This document shows positions 13,629 through 28,862 of a stretch of 64,000 nucleotides of DNA, piece by piece. Each line of letters begins with the position of its first letter. The first letter of the stretch is position 1. The DNA is from Octopus vulgaris (Eukaryota). Under the pieces are notes generated by a model. That model worked only from the letters and a program-made list of their open reading frames with translations. It did no database searches and had not been told where the DNA came from. A program made the translations under genes and the position numbers. Where the stretch lies: positions 112,654,001 to 112,718,000 of the forward strand of contig OX597815.1 in NCBI GenBank assembly GCA_951406725.2, in the 5' to 3' direction.

Positions 13629-14801
13629 TTCCTCTGTTGATGTACATGTCTATTTTGTACAGACAACTGCTATCCTATCTTCAGAACCACATTGTTAACA
13701 ATGTTGTTAATGCACTTGTATTTTTTTCTTTTTTTCAAGTTTGCTTTTGTTGCTTCAGACATTGACATTATCATAACTTAATACTGGGATCATGCTGTCC
13801 GTGTCTGTCTTCCCTTCATATAGGTATATTAGTATCTATTAATCAGACACATTTTTGTTTTTGACGCTCTTCAAAGAATTTGATTGTTTATGCGTCCTTT
13901 TCTTTTGATTCAGACCCTTTTTATACGACTTTAGTGGAAATCCTCCTCTTAATTAATGCATCTCTCACAAACCCAACGGTATTTCAATTTACCCATGTAT
14001 GCAGATAGTTACTATATATTTCTGAGGAAGTGGACTCAGTCTGTTGTCTTCTCAGTTTTAGCCTTGGTACAAATAGATTTCTTTATCATATTGTTTATGT
14101 ATTAAGAACATCGATTATATTTTTAATTTTGTGGGAAGGGTTAGTCTATTAAATTGGCGCCATTTTTCAATTGGTACTTATTTCATAGACTTTCATTCGG
14201 TGTCTATATTTATATATTATAACTGAAATTTCGTAATAAATATTGAAACCTAATTAAATTAACCCTAGATTAGATGACTTGACTCCACTTTACAGTCACA
14301 AATACGAGTCAGTAGGAATAACGTGTAGTTTTGCTACATATAAAGCAAATTTAGAACTGAAGGTTATATCTATATACAAATACGTCCTTAAATGCTCACA
14401 TATATCTGTAAAGAAACACACAGAGTAATTTCTTGCTATTTCTAATGTAGTTCGGTTTTATTTTTACATGAAATTTAACTCTATTCTATTTTAATGCTTC
14501 TATCATACCTGAGCTTTACACGATAAACATTTGTCACAAACACGCACGTACTTATTTTCTCTTGTTCAATAAACCAAAAGATTCCTACTGCATGTCATTC
14601 GATTTATTTTTATTCTTTTCCTTTTAAATTTATGGTACTATTCTTGTATTAAACTCTATATTGTTTTGGGTTAATTTTCTCTAAAAGTTGTTCAAAATTA
14701 TCTGTTCAACTATTTTGAGACTGATCGTACACAGTAATAGTTAAAAATATCAATCGATAGTCAGTTAATTATTACTGTTGTGTACCAAGTAAATATTAGA
14801 A

Positions 14802-14803
<2 letters not shown>

Positions 14804-14860
<57 letters not shown>
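14804..14860. repeat. (CT)n microsatellite
   Basis: Perfect run. Confidence 0.95.
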
Positions 14861-14865
<5 letters not shown>

Positions 14866-15134
14866 ACTCTGGAACACACGCTTTTACCGCTACAGGTGTA
14901 CTTATAATTAAAATTAAATTCTATTGAATGAAATGAAAAAATAAATAAATAAAACTTGACTAGAGTAGCAAGGTTCACTTACCCTTTAGGCGTGACATGT
15001 TGAGAAAAAATATAACGATAAGAATTTGATAAGAAGTCTTTTCCAAAACAATTACTCCATCTGAGTGGGAAAGATACAAGGAAGGCATAGACATTATTAT
15101 TTGTCATTTAGACTTAGACCCGTGTTGATATTCA

Positions 15135-15460
15135 TAGCTTTGTGCGCCTCGTCAGGCTATATACACTACTCCGCAACAATCCACCTGCATCTAATGAAAA
15201 GGACTGTTTCACCGACCAGAGTCGTCGACCATCTCACTGGACGCCAGCTCCTGATCATATTGCAAGCATCTGCCAACGTGTATTGGACCGGTTTAACTTT
15301 CGCAGGCGTCCCCGGCATTTTAACATCTCCCCGGCCGAACTCTCTGCCCTTCGATGTCTCCGACACCGCAAAGATATCGTTCATAAAAGCGGCTAACAAG
15401 GGTGGAGACGTGGTGATGTGGTGCACAGACCTCTGCAACACTGAAACACTCCGTCAACTT
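15135..15460 (+). pseudogene. Penelope-like element RT N-terminal fragment
   Basis: SHWTP and NISPAELSALRCLRHRKDIV, then frameshift to IKAANKGGDVVMW, matching the PLE motif NLS..E..AL..L....DIVIKPADKGGAVVVW. Confidence 0.8.
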
Positions 15461-15692
15461 CATCATTTACTTCTTATCTGATAACTGCGATCTTTGCTAA
15501 TAGTTAAAGCATATCGTTGAAGAAAATCTAATATCAACGTTATAACCTTTACAGTTTATCCCTAATTTACTGTCCATGACTAATTGTTTTCATGTCGATA
15601 CAATGTTGCCTCTAAAACTCTATATTTATTCCACAATAAATAATAAAATCATAATAAATCAATTTTAGTGTAAACGTTTATATATATATATC

Positions 15693-16001
15693 TCACCGTG
15701 ATCACCGTGACCGACCAAGCTTTCAGATGTTGCTACACATCGCTGGCCACAATGGGCTTCGCATTGTTTTAGCCTTTAAATGACGCCACCCCGCTGGCTA
15801 AGCGAGCAGGCCAACAGAAGAAAGAGTGAGAGAAAGTTGTGGCGAAAGTGTACAGCAGGGATCGCCACCATCCCTTGCTGGAGCCTCGTGGAGCTTTAGG
15901 TGTTTTTACTCAATAAACACTCACAACGCCCAGTCTGGGAATCGAAACCGCAATCTTACGACCACGAGTTCGCTGCCCTAACCACTGAGCCATTGTGCCT
16001 C

Positions 16002-16003
<2 letters not shown>
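15693..16003 (-). mobile_element. tRNA-derived SINE related to family B (tail type 3)
   Basis: Minus strand: TGGCTCAGTGG A box, GGTTTCGATTCC B box; distinct body ending in CACGGTGAT repeats. Confidence 0.85.
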
Positions 16004-16051
<48 letters not shown>

Positions 16052-16080
16052 CATATGGATATATATATTAATACACACAT

Positions 16081-16184
<104 letters not shown>

Positions 16185-16319
16185 ATATAGCTATATCTAT
16201 CTATATATATATATATAGGTATATGGGTTCTTCAACCCAAGATCAATTATATAAATATCAATTATCAACTGAGGTAGTATTACACGGTAGATTACCTAGC
16301 TAGAAATCTTATGAATACT

Positions 16320-16470
16320 TAGCGGTTCGGCCTAAGGGACAGCTAGAAGTATCGGGTTTTAAAAGAAAAAGTACCCTGAGTCGATTCATTCCACTAAAAT
16401 TTCTTCAGGGTGGCTCCTCCAGCATGGCTGCAGTCGAATGACTGAAACAATTAAAAGATAAAATATAAAG
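16320..16470 (+). mobile_element. SINE family A 3' tail fragment
   Basis: TAGCGGTTCGGC...CCAGCATGGCTGCAGTCGAATGACTGAAAC. Confidence 0.7.
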
Positions 16471-16472
16471 AT

Positions 16473-16762
16473 AGTATTTTAGATAGAAATGCATATTCAC
16501 ATGTACCTGAGATCTTAGATATCGACGTAGTATTTTACATAGAAATATATATTGAAACTAACCTAATATTTTAGACAGAAGTACATAATGATACCCATTA
16601 ATACCAACATAATATTTTAGATACAAACGCATGCTGATAGCGATCTAGAATTCTTCATAGAAATACATATTGATACACACCTAGCATTTTATATAGAAAT
16701 ACCTATTGATATCGACCGAACACTTTACATACGAATACATATTCATACGACCTAGTATTTTT
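16473..16762. repeat. Degenerate ~36-bp minisatellite (about 7-8 units)
   Basis: Recurrent TAGTATTTTA(G/C)ATAGAAATACATATTGATA..ACC. Confidence 0.75.
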
Positions 16763-17676
16763 GATGACAATACTGATTGACACATGTTATTCGGCTAGTG
16801 CAATCTTGTAGAATTATTAACCTGTTAAGTGATATCATGCTGATATGAAAGTTCGAGAAAGGACGTGTTATTCATTATTCGTGTTATTAATTATTCATTA
16901 CTCCTTTTCTAATCGAAATGAATTATGGCGCTGTTTCTAGCACACTAAAGAGATGAACCGTAATTTTCGAAGGTGTTCCAATTAGTGAATGCTTAGAGTT
17001 TGCCGAATCTTAATGACTACTTCAAGCAATGTATGTAGTTAATAAGGCCTGAACAGTTATGGGACCATAATTGTGAACACTAGAGACGCCTACAGAAATC
17101 AAGAGTTTCTGTGTATGTGCGTGTATACCTATACCTATTAAGTGTGTATGTATGTATATTTGCGTGTGTGCGTGTGAAGTGCGTGTGTGCGTATGTACAT
17201 CTCTGTGTGTGTATGTGTGTGTGCGTTTGAGTGTGTGCATGCGCGCAATACAATTTCCGTTCACCGCTGACGTTTCGCAAATTCATCCCAAACATCTACA
17301 ACTGTCTCTGTCTCCATACACAACGCATACACACACACGGATACGCACGCACACACACACATACACACACTCACACACACACATATATATATACATATAA
17401 AGCTTTGAATGTTTTATGTATATTTCTTATTTCTTTATAGATGAGTGGACATGTCTATATGTATGTGTGAGTGCGCTCGCGCGCGTGTTGCTTGTGTATA
17501 TGTGTGTGGATTTTGGCTCAGTCCCACAGTGCAGAACTTTGGACACGTGGCTTCTACCAGTCACCCAAGCTAACCAGTACATCATGAGGGGAATTTGTAT
17601 GCATGCATGTCATATGTGTCTCCACATACAAACACACACATACACATACATACACTCACACACTTACGCATACGTG

Positions 17677-17750
<74 letters not shown>

Positions 17751-18680
17751 TACATATATTACGTTTATATATTAGTTTTGCCTGATTCTTGATGTGAATT
17801 CGTGTGTTTAAACATATATTGTTGTATTTGGGGATGGCCATGTTGCCAGTTTAGCCAATATTATTATACATAAATATATATATAATATACTTATATCTAT
17901 AAGTATATGTGTGTGTTTGTGTGTGTGTGTGTATGTGTGTGTTTGTGTGTGTATACACAAACGAAGGGCATGAATACAAATATCCCTTAAGATGTACTGT
18001 TTAGCCAGGGAAATTCGATGCAAAAAAATGAAATGAACTGGCTTTATTCCAAGAATGAACTGGTATTATTCAATATCAGCTGGCAATTGCTGCATATTAT
18101 TCATACTATAAACATTATAGCATTAATACGATCCAACAATAGCTGTATACTTGCACGTCCTCGGGTGTGTAGGATTGATACCACTGCTGGATAATCTTTC
18201 GTTTCCTTTTGTTTTATACCGTTATGCAATATTTGGCATTCCATTGGTAAAGAGCAATACGAAAACACAGAGGCATAATAAAAATATTAATAGCAATAAA
18301 AATAATAATAAATATCAAACAAACCCTTTATTCATTGCACTTCTAAGCACAGACATGTCTCAGCTCTTATGACGATAGATGAACACCATATCATAACGTA
18401 ATAAATATACAGACTGGAAGAATTACTCATCTCTTGTATCTATTAGCGTTCTAAAGTCTGTTCAGTCCATCTTCCTGGATTAAAATTCTTCGTATAAAGT
18501 TTACGGACAATAACAGATTTCCACAGGTGTATCGAGTAAGTTAACTTAAGTTAAGTAAAAGGAGACGTCCTTCTGTATGATAACATATGCTACCTTATAG
18601 CCATAGAGGAGCTTCGTGTTCAGCAATATGTAATGTTTATAACCCAGATGATGATGATGATTATGTGTTTGCGTGTGTGT

Positions 18681-18726
<46 letters not shown>

Positions 18727-18762
18727 GTGTGTGTGTGTGCGTGCGAGAGAGAGAGAGTATGT

Positions 18763-19010
18763 GTGGAGGCGTTTGGCTTAGTGGATACTGGCATTGGACT
18801 CATGATCGCAAGACTGTCGTTTCGATTCATGGGCCGGGCGGTGCGTTGTCTTCTTGAGCAAAATACTTCATTTTATGTTGCTTCAATCCACTCTACTTGC
18901 AAAAATGTGCAATCCTGCAACGGATCGGCGTCTCGTTAGGGGGAAATATATGTGCTACGGAAACCAGGAAATCAGCCCTACAAGTTTATATGACTCTAGA
19001 AGGATCTTTA
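18763..19010 (+). mobile_element. SINE family B (tail type 2), diverged
   Basis: GTGGAGGCGTTTGGCTTAGTGG head; CTTGAGCAAAATACTTCATTT core. Confidence 0.8.
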
Positions 19011-19382
19011 TTCCATCTTATATACGCGCATGCGTATATGTGTGCGCGCACGCGTGTGTGCGTGCGCACGCGTTCGTGTATGTGTATGTGTGTGTATTTA
19101 CTTGTGTAAAGAGTATGTACGTACGTCGCAGATGTGCTATGCATAAGAATCACTTTCATTTTTTTAATTCAAACCATAGTGTCTTATGTAAGTGAAGAAG
19201 ACATTATATAAAAACATTATATGACAGTCATGGCTTAAACATGATCGTATGTTGGATCGATCAGAATGGATCTGACATAAGCAACAACAAAATTAACGAC
19301 CAACAACAGCTTATAAAAAAGCTACATGCATATGTTCGTGTATTCTTTTAATATTTTATAGCAATTTGTTAGACAGAAAAAA

Positions 19383-19518
<136 letters not shown>

Positions 19519-21310
19519 CGATACGATACTCAGAGCGCTAAGTATATATCTCTCTCTATATATATATATATATACACACATATACCTAGTTGATCTTATG
19601 ATTGAGACATTTGAAATTTCACACTTATATTGTAACAAGATGCACTTATCTAATAGAAAAAGCTGATTTTAAAATACCATGACACATTGATTATATTTTA
19701 TATGTTCCCGTTTTAGCTTCATTTCGCAAAGGAAATCCGTTCACTTTACTTGAATTGATTGACTTTGATCGACATTCTAGTCGTCTATAATGACTATCAT
19801 CGATCACGAAGAAAATACAATTTTTTTTCTTTATCGTGTTCTGTATAACAATGAATCATAGTCGTTTGTATAATGAATAACTGAATAATGAGCGGGGAAA
19901 TGATTGCGAAAGTCAGTGAGAAATAAGAGTGCGTTGACTGGAGCGAGAATGATGAGGGAATGATCGGCTAGGTGAGAAACGATTGTTTGGAGGAGAGGTG
20001 AGTGAATGATTGCATAATTCACTGAACAAGTCAGGTAAAAAAGAGATAAAATAACAGAAATGTCTTGAAGATAGCCAGGAAGAAAGAATGAAAGGAAAAT
20101 TCAAAATGAAATATAAAGTAGTAGAATGTATAGCTAAAGTGAAAGCTAGACAGTAGAACAGGACATAAAATTAGTATTAACATCAAGGTAAAAGAAATAC
20201 TGGACATATGCATGGAGATGTTGTCTTGGAAAATTAACTGATGAATATCATAGATAATGTTATAAAGAATTGGTTAAAATTAGGAAGATTGTAAACGACA
20301 TTTCCAACTCCATTTATTAAAATTACTTTCCTTAAGAAAATAATAGTGAGGCATTTTTGAAAGGATTCGATCTAATTTAGAACAGTAAGGAAACAGGGTC
20401 TCAACTCCGATGAGATATGGATCGGTGTACGCTATCAGATGATTGCGTTCAATTGTAGCTACTTCTATTGATTTCTTGACGAGACACCGTAAATTGCGTT
20501 TAAAAGAAAACGGGAAACGTGTGTGCGACAGTTATGGTTTTCTAAAGGGTATTAGAGAGACTTCAATAAAGTGAAATAACACCAACTGGAATTGACACGG
20601 TTGCACACTTGAATCAGCAAAGGTTTAACACGACGATAATTCATTTTAATTAACTACAGTCATCTCGTAAAATATAGAAAATGAAACGAAATATAACCCA
20701 CTGAGAGGTTTATAGTATTCGAATTTAATTAGTGATATTTATTTTTCAGCCAGGTATCCTATAAATTACGATACAGAATATTGGATTTTTAGACAGCATG
20801 CCTCAAGTATGCACCAATGTAGATGGCACATATAAAATAAATTTTCTTCAACTTACAATAGATGTGTTGTGGAGTCGATGAGCAAGAGTACTACCTACCT
20901 GAAGTCTTTGCTGCTCAGAAACTATAATTAGGAGGAAACCTCTATAAGGTCGGTCAACCTGCTAGAAATAATACACAAATCTCACTCAACCTGTATTCTG
21001 CTGTCTTGAAAATGCAATTGGCAGGTCTCATTGGATAATGTAGTTCAAAATCAAAGATTGGATGGGAACAAACATCTGCCCAATTAGTACTGACCAGCAG
21101 ATACACAACAAAGCAAAAAATAGGCTTCGTAACATTGGAACAAAACCAACACATTCTTAGGCCTCTATATATTATAGTGTATTATATTAGCATATATATT
21201 TGACTGATATGTCTTTTATAAATCCCAGAGGAAAGAAATAGAAAGTTAATGTCAGCCATTAACTCAAAAAGTAAAAGGAACCCATGTACAATCAACAAAC
21301 TATTTTAGTA

Positions 21311-21382
21311 AACACACAAGCATCGGTTGTCAAGCGATATTGGGGGGGACAAACACAGACACACAAGCATATACATAAACAT

Positions 21383-21462
<80 letters not shown>

Positions 21463-21592
21463 GACGGGATTCTTTCAGTTTCCGTCTACCAAATCCACTC
21501 ACAACACTTGCCTAAGGTGTCACGCAATGGGACTGAACTCAGAACCATATGGTTAGTAAGCAAGCTACTTATCACACAGCCACTCCTACGCC
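21311..21592 (-). mobile_element. SINE family A, 5' part
   Basis: Reverse complement of the 2300 head (CACAGCCACTCCTACGCC; TTTCAGTTTCCGTCTACCAAATCCACTCAC). Confidence 0.85.
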
Positions 21593-22194
21593 TATAAAAA
21601 TAAAATAAATATTGAAAGAGTTAGAAATATACTTAAAGGATACTCATCATTGGAGTATTTATTGAGATAACAGGAAGGATTGACTAACAGACTTCAGCGA
21701 TTAGCAAGAGATCTGGATATCTTTGAAATATAATTTAGAAGAAATCGAGCAAAAGAAATTGAGCTGAAGAAATGCGAACGGATTCTGGATGCTTTCTCAG
21801 GAGAAAATATAATCACGAAAGGAAGGCGTTTCAGAGAAAATACTTTACGTATTTATATTTTTAAGTAAGAGAGACTGAATGATGCTTGAGAAAGAAAGAA
21901 AAGTGGGGAGGGATTGTAGAGATGAATGTAAAAAGATTTCAAAACAATTTTTCAAAGATCTGACTGGAGATTCGAGTATAATTCAAGATATAATTCAATA
22001 CGTAAGAAGCGATAAAACGACAATTTGCTATAAACTTGTCGAAGCAGATCATTTACACTCTAAATGAATTGCACTTTTATTTTCGAGTTTTAGTTTGCCT
22101 TCATTTATTAATTTTAGCAATATGTTTTATAATTATTTGTTATACTTTTCAAATCAAAATAAATATATCTACGTTTGCTATTACTATTTTTAGT

Positions 22195-22355
22195 CTGTTA
22201 CTACTACTATCTCTACTACTACTACTACTACCACCGCCACCACCACCACTACTACTAATACTAATACTACTACTACTGCTACTACTACTACTACTAATAA
22301 TAATAATAATGATGATGATGATGATGATGATGGTGATGATAGTAATAGTAATAAT
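22195..22355. repeat. Compound trinucleotide repeat (CTA/CCA/TAA/GAT)
   Basis: Visible runs. Confidence 0.9.
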
Positions 22356-22359
22356 GTGA

Positions 22360-23600
22360 AATGGGTAAACAATGAGCCCGGGAGAGAAAGGAGAATAGTG
22401 TACGTACTTGGGAATACTGGAAGCAGACAAGATTAATAAATGAAGAAATGAAACAAATTACACAAGGAGAGTAAGAAAAATACTGCAGTCAAAGCTAAAT
22501 TCAAAAAATCTCATTGAAGCAAAAAATTCAAGAGCAGTACCGTTTATCAGATATGGAATTGGAATTATAGACTGCATCAAAAACAATATAAAGTAACTCG
22601 ACAGAAAAACTAGAATGTTGTTGGCGATTCATGGAGCCCACCATCCAAAAGCTGATATCAACCGGCTGTACATGAGGAGGGACCAGTGTAGAAGAGGCTT
22701 AATAGTAGTAGAAGAATGTGTACAGATGAAAAGAACAGGTTTAGTAGAGTATTTACACAGCAGCACAGAAAAAATAGTAAAGATAGTTAATAAAACAGGT
22801 GATAAAGCGCGTATTAGTGGGTATGGACACGAATGTAATACGAAGTCAACACGTCAAACACATCGAAAAGAAAGCTGAAGAAGTATGTGGAACAAGATCC
22901 TGGGCTTGTTTTAAAAAACGGCAATTAATAAAAAACAGAGAGCCTAATAATAGCAGCCCAAGATCAAACCATAAAAGCAAACAACTTCAGAACAAATATA
23001 TATAGAGAGAATGTGTTAGAAAAATGTACAGCCTGTGAAAATTGTAACGAGACAGCGGCACATATTTTGATAGAATGCTCCAAGTTGGCACTGGAAGACT
23101 ATAAGAAATGGAAGTACGACCCGGTTGTAAAAGTTGTATACTGGAAACTGTTTCAGAAATGGAGATTTGAAGCAAGAAACACACAGTGCAATCATTGAGT
23201 CGAAAGGTTAATGGAGTTAGAGAAATGATTTTGTGGATCTCCTAGTTAGAAAATAATAGACCAGACATAACGATTATAGAAAAAGAAAAGCAAAGTTGCT
23301 TATTTATTAACTTAACATGCCCGTTTGATTCCAGGATCATAAAGAAAGAGAAAGAAAAAGAAAAGAAAATACTATCTCTTAAAATTTGAAATAGGACGAA
23401 TTTGGATCATAAGAAACAGTGAAGGTCGTACCTATGAGAACAATAAAGATCGTGCGTTAAGAACACTAAGCAAATATATAGACAAATGGCTGCAGGAGAT
23501 TGAAATAGAATCCTGCAGAAAATTTGTCTCTTTGGAACAGCAAAGATTACTATGGGTGTTCTAAACATTCGAATGACTGCTGAAAACTTGTGGATACGTA
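22360..23600 (+). pseudogene. R4/Dong-like (restriction-like endonuclease) non-LTR retrotransposon, 3' fragment
   Basis: YTYLGI, LDRKTRMLLAIHGAHHPKADINRLY...RGL, IIAAQDQ, CCHC knuckle CTAC...ETAAHILIEC, NNRPDI and CPFD motifs across broken frames. Confidence 0.85.
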
Positions 23601-23993
23601 AGTTTACAGGTAAAAACCAGCAACCAGGAATTAGACCGAACCTGAGCCAAACCACAGATTGGAAGCGTTATCAAGTACATTGTTTTGTCTTGGTATAAAA
23701 GATGGGCTACAGCAAATATTCTGCTCAGTTGATCATGTCCCTTAGTAGCTTACGATATGTGCATCTCTGATCACAAGCAGAAATAGTGGGAGAGCATCAT
23801 AGCCATGTGCTGAGAGGAATTCTCTGGAGTTTGGATAAATTGGAAAGTTGTTCCTATAGTAATTGATATACTGGAAACTATAAGCAAAGATATAGACAAA
23901 TCGTTGAAAGAAATTAGAATAGAATCTCCAGAAAGTTTGCTTCTTAAGGACAGCAAAGATTATCAGGAACGTTTTAAGAAAACAGGTTATATC

Positions 23994-24098
<105 letters not shown>

Positions 24099-24454
24099 CG
24101 AGTAATATTTTTATTTTGAGATACTTTCTAACATTCTTCGTTTTGTTCTTGAAAATTTTGGCCTACTTCTTATGAAACTGATTTGGCAACTCCACCTACA
24201 TTCAGAAACTAATTGACCATAGATATACAATAAGGACTTCAAGAGAATTTCAAAGAAATGCTTATGGGTTAAGGTGGCACTAGGTAAATAGTAGATCAAT
24301 CTCTCACTCGTAGCAACTAATTGTTTAAAACAAAATGGGCTAGTATATACTGTATAGTGTGGGTCAAATTTCACAATTAAATTCTACATGGAAAAAAGAA
24401 AATTCTACAATCACAACCACAACCCCTTTAAACATAAGCAAGGACCACAATGAT

Positions 24455-24465
24455 TACTACAACTG

Positions 24466-24538
<73 letters not shown>

Positions 24539-24545
24539 AACAACA
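24455..24545. repeat. (CTA)n microsatellite
   Basis: Perfect run. Confidence 0.95.
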
Positions 24546-25605
24546 AAATTACGGCTTTTTTATCGTTGTTGTCATTGAAGACTGCAGCTACAGAAAGCAT
24601 AAGGACTTCGAATCTCTTCAAAAATAATAAATGAAGCGCTTTGAAAGTGATACGTATAGCCAAAGCCTAAGTACATTTTATTACAGAGATACGGCAGGAA
24701 TCATTCTTTATATCTTTTCTTAAGACCAGCTTATATATTGGCAATCGGATGGATTTGAAGGAAACAGCCAGCTGCAGATTAATGAAAATCCATCTTCTTT
24801 TCTCCAAATACTCTGTTCATTTATTCGCCTTTCTTCTAAAGGACCATCTCCCTTCCTATATATCTTCTCGTCTGTTCACTCTGACACTTCTCCACACACA
24901 CACACAAACACACACACACACACACACACACAAACATACACACACACGCGCACACACACACTTATATATATACACATGTGTGTATGCGTTTGTCTGTACG
25001 TGTTCTTGTATATATACACACATGTATGAACGTGTGTGTGTGTGCGTACACTGTTTGTTACCATTTATACCTTCCTCTGTTTTACCTCCCACAGCCTTTC
25101 TTTCTCTCTCTTTCAATATTTATGTTCTTATTAATAATGCATTACATATTTTCATTATGGATGAGAGAATAACTATACAACTACGCCATGTTTTGTGTTG
25201 ACATATGAAAGTACACTCACTAGTTATAAAACAGTACGCGCTCCCTTTAACAACACAAGCCAGGTGAAATAAACAGTGTTTCTTTTAATCAATAACCAAA
25301 CGGCATAGAACAAGAGATAACCTTCCGAACAGTGGAATTTGCAAGACCGTGTCGATTCCTGATTTTTCTAGAGTCTTCACATTACTTCACCTCACCGACA
25401 CCGCTTATTTATTTATTTACTTATTTATGGAAAGCAGAATAAATATTACATAAGATTATCCTTCACCTACAGACGAGGAATAATTCATTTAATAGTAGTA
25501 ACTGAATATCAATCAATAACACGCAAAGAGGAACATAGACCGACACGCCAAAACTAACCACTTCTCATGGCACTCGAGCATGTTATATATATTTATTTCA
25601 TTATA

Positions 25606-26012
25606 GGCGCAGGCGTGGCTGTGTGGTTAGTAGCTTGTTTACCAACAACATGGTTCCGGGTTCAGTCCCACTGCGTGGCACCGTGGGCAAGTGTCTTCTA
25701 CTATAGCCTCGGGCCGACCAAAGGATTGTGAGTGGATTTCGTAGACGAAAAAGGAAGAAGCTCGTCGTATATATATATATACATGGGGGGGGAGTGTTTG
25801 TGTGTCTGTGTTTGTCCCCCCAATATCGCTTGACAACCGATGCTGGTGAGTTTACGTCCCCGTAACTTAGCGGTTCGGCAAAGAAGCCGATAGAATAAGT
25901 AGTAGGCTTACAAAGAATAAGTTATGGGATCGATGTGTTCGACTAAAGGCGGTGCTGCTGCATGGCCGCAGTCAAATGACTGAAACAAGTAAAGAAAAAG
26001 GAAGGATAAAAA
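25606..26012 (+). mobile_element. SINE family A (full length)
   Basis: Near-identical to 2300-2722. Confidence 0.9.
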
Positions 26013-26212
26013 GGATATGCCGATACAGACCACAAAAGGATCCCTAGGTTTCTGTAAATTACCTACATATACGAATCGAAATCATCTTATGGGCATACAT
26101 TCTTTCCTAAGTTACTATCAGTAGCCATTTGCAAATATAATCACCTGTTCAGTTTCATATTTCAATGTGTGTGTGTGTGTGTGTGTGCGCGCGCATGTGC
26201 GTGTGTGTGTGT

Positions 26213-26280
<68 letters not shown>

Positions 26281-26284
26281 CGAG

Positions 26285-27140
26285 TGTTAGAATTGACAAA
26301 AAGCGCAGCTTCTCTTGGACACAAGGCCACTACATCACATCACACTTTGAAGGCTATGCGTTTGAAATCCAGGAACAGGGTTTGCCACAAAGTACCTGAG
26401 AACAACAGAGACAGTGACAATCTTGTAATCCCAAGGTGCAACTGCATGTATAGTATATGTCATGTTTCTGTGGAAGCCATTATGCATGTAATTAGCAGCT
26501 GTCCTAAAATGTCATTACGGTACTAACTCCCCATGCGGCACGATGTTAATATTAACACAATTTACCATGCCATTCGCAAAGAAGACTGTCCTGATATAAA
26601 CATAGAAAACCCTTCTGTTATGGAATACATTCATAAACACTCAGGGAATGCTGGTGGAATATTCCCAGCAAAACTTGTGTCCAATGTAAATATAACAAAC
26701 CTGATACTGTTGTTTGGGACAGAGGGGCAAAGGTGTACACCATCATAAAATTTAGCTGCCCTGCAGATATAAATATCTCTTTCAAAACGAAAGAAAAAAT
26801 GGATATCTATGGATAACTGCTTCGAAACCTCCAGCTTCTATATCCATACTATGACTTCATATTCATACCAATAATAATTGGCGCACTAGGTTTTGATAGT
26901 AAATGTTTAAAGGAGTATCTGGATAAACTGAGATTTGCAGAAAGAGAAACTGACCGGCTGATTCGTATATTACAATGTCCAATCTGTGAGTGGAACAGTA
27001 AAAATATGCAAGATTTTTCTCAAGTTTCAAATATGAATTTGTCTATATTAACTACATCCCAAAGATTGAGTCTTGTATCTTTGTTGGAAACCGGCTCTCT
27101 CCTCAGTGGAAAACTTGTGGAAATTAAAAAATAGAAGAGA
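26285..27140 (+). pseudogene. Second REL-endonuclease non-LTR retrotransposon 3' end (R4-like)
   Basis: ICHVSVEAIMHVISSC zinc knuckle, MRHD, WWN, NKPD, SCPAD, IPIIIGALG and GTVKIC motifs; short 3' UTR runs into (CATA)n; 5' side abuts (GATA)n. Confidence 0.8.
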
Positions 27141-27262
27141 CATACATACATACATACATACATACATACATACATACATACTTACGTACATACATACATA
27201 CATACATACATACATACATACATACATACATACATACATACATACATACATACATACATACA

Positions 27263-27295
<33 letters not shown>

Positions 27296-27334
27296 GCATA
27301 CACACATACATACATACATACATACATACATACA

Positions 27335-27364
<30 letters not shown>
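27140..27364. repeat. (CATA)n microsatellite
   Basis: About 220-bp run at the 3' end of the REL element. Confidence 0.95.
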
Positions 27365-27365
<1 letters not shown>

Positions 27366-27739
27366 TCCGTTCTGAACATATGTAAAAATAAAAATAAAAT
27401 CTTTTTCAATCCTAGTCAACCTATAATATATTAATTACTACTCATAATAACTTTTTCTCCTTGCTGCATCTATTTAAAGACATCAACAGCTCTAAAAACG
27501 AATATTCAGTTCGCTCATATCCTCTGACATTTAGTCATAAAAGCTACACCTCTCATAAACCTTCGCTAAACAGGGAAAGCAGAGCCCAAACTATGAGTAT
27601 ATACATTTTCTTTATCTTTAATCGGTAGAATTACAAAGCGATTGAAATGTCGGGACATACGTGCAATGTATTTATCAAATTTATCGAACGTATATAATAT
27701 ACGTGTGTATGTGTGTGTGCTAGATAGATAGATAGATAT

Positions 27740-27802
<63 letters not shown>

Positions 27803-28644
27803 CAGAAAGATGAAATACATCTAATTAGAGCACATCTTCGTGCGACAAATTAGTTTAAATAATAAAGGTGATGTATAATAGGAATGCGTCAATTTTTAAT
27901 GCAATGTAGAAAATAGAGAATGGGAGTTTATGTGTGTATATGTGTGTTTGCATATGTGCGTGTGTAAGGAACGAAATTTGAACTCGATTATATCTGTACT
28001 TGTGTGTGTATGTATATATATATGCATGTGTATATGTTCGTGTATGTACACACACACATATATTACTGTTTAATTGTTGACAAATTATTTTAGTCATTTA
28101 AGGAGACAAAAATTTATCAATCTTTCTTTTATATCTTAGATTGTCAGATTTCCATTGAATTTGTGCGAACATGTGTTAAATCTATGCGACACGCGATGTT
28201 TCTTACGTCTCGCGGGATCTTCAGGTTTACTTTCTTTTTTCTTCAGTGTGCTTTCTCTCCCCCTATCTATATTTTCTTGATAAATGTAAACAGGAAGCGA
28301 AGTGTATCTCAAGAAGAGAAAAAGCTCGTCAATGCGAAAAAGAAAAGAAGGAAAAGATAGAAGGCATTTGATATACGAAAAGAAGAAGCGTACATAATAT
28401 ACGGAAATGAAGTTCGGTACGATGTGACATGAGTCTCAGAATCGTGCGATTAGGTGATATACTCATTATTTAACACGAATGATCTGGAATAAAGAAAATG
28501 ATGGTGCTCTGCTCTAATGAAGTGTATTATTGCCTCCAATCAACCCATTCAAGGAGTTATTTTGTGGTGGCTCGGCCTGCTAGAAATAGCAATCAAATTC
28601 TCCATTGGCTAACAATCTATGTGTTCAAAATGGATACGTTAGAT

Positions 28645-28862
28645 CAGTGGTTTTCAACCAGGGTGCCGCGGAACCTTAGGGTTCCGCCAGTACAGTCCTG
28701 GGGTTCCGCAAGAAGTTACAAAACTGCTAAAATCGGCAGTAATTTTTAATTCTCCTGTGCAGATATGTGTGCATAAGTCTAATAATTATTGCATAGGGGT
28801 TCCTTGAGCCAGTGGAATGCTTCCTTGGGGTTCCGCTCCAGCAAAAAGTTTGAAAAGCACTG
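28645..28862. mobile_element. hAT (Charlie-like) MITE with 8-bp TSD
   Basis: TIRs CAGTGGTTTTCAAC / TTTGAAAAGCACTG; TSD CGTTAGAT at 28637-28644 and 28863-28870. Confidence 0.9.

Noticed and set aside
16473-16762. Regularly spaced ~36-bp repeats superficially like a CRISPR array
   Set aside because: Contiguous degenerate units without unique spacers, eukaryotic context and no cas genes; it is a minisatellite.
17265-17310. Minus-strand GAAACGTC half-hammerhead
   Set aside because: No CUGANGA upstream.
28185-28230. Minus-strand CTGAAGA...GAAAC...GTC
   Set aside because: Stems I and II do not pair.
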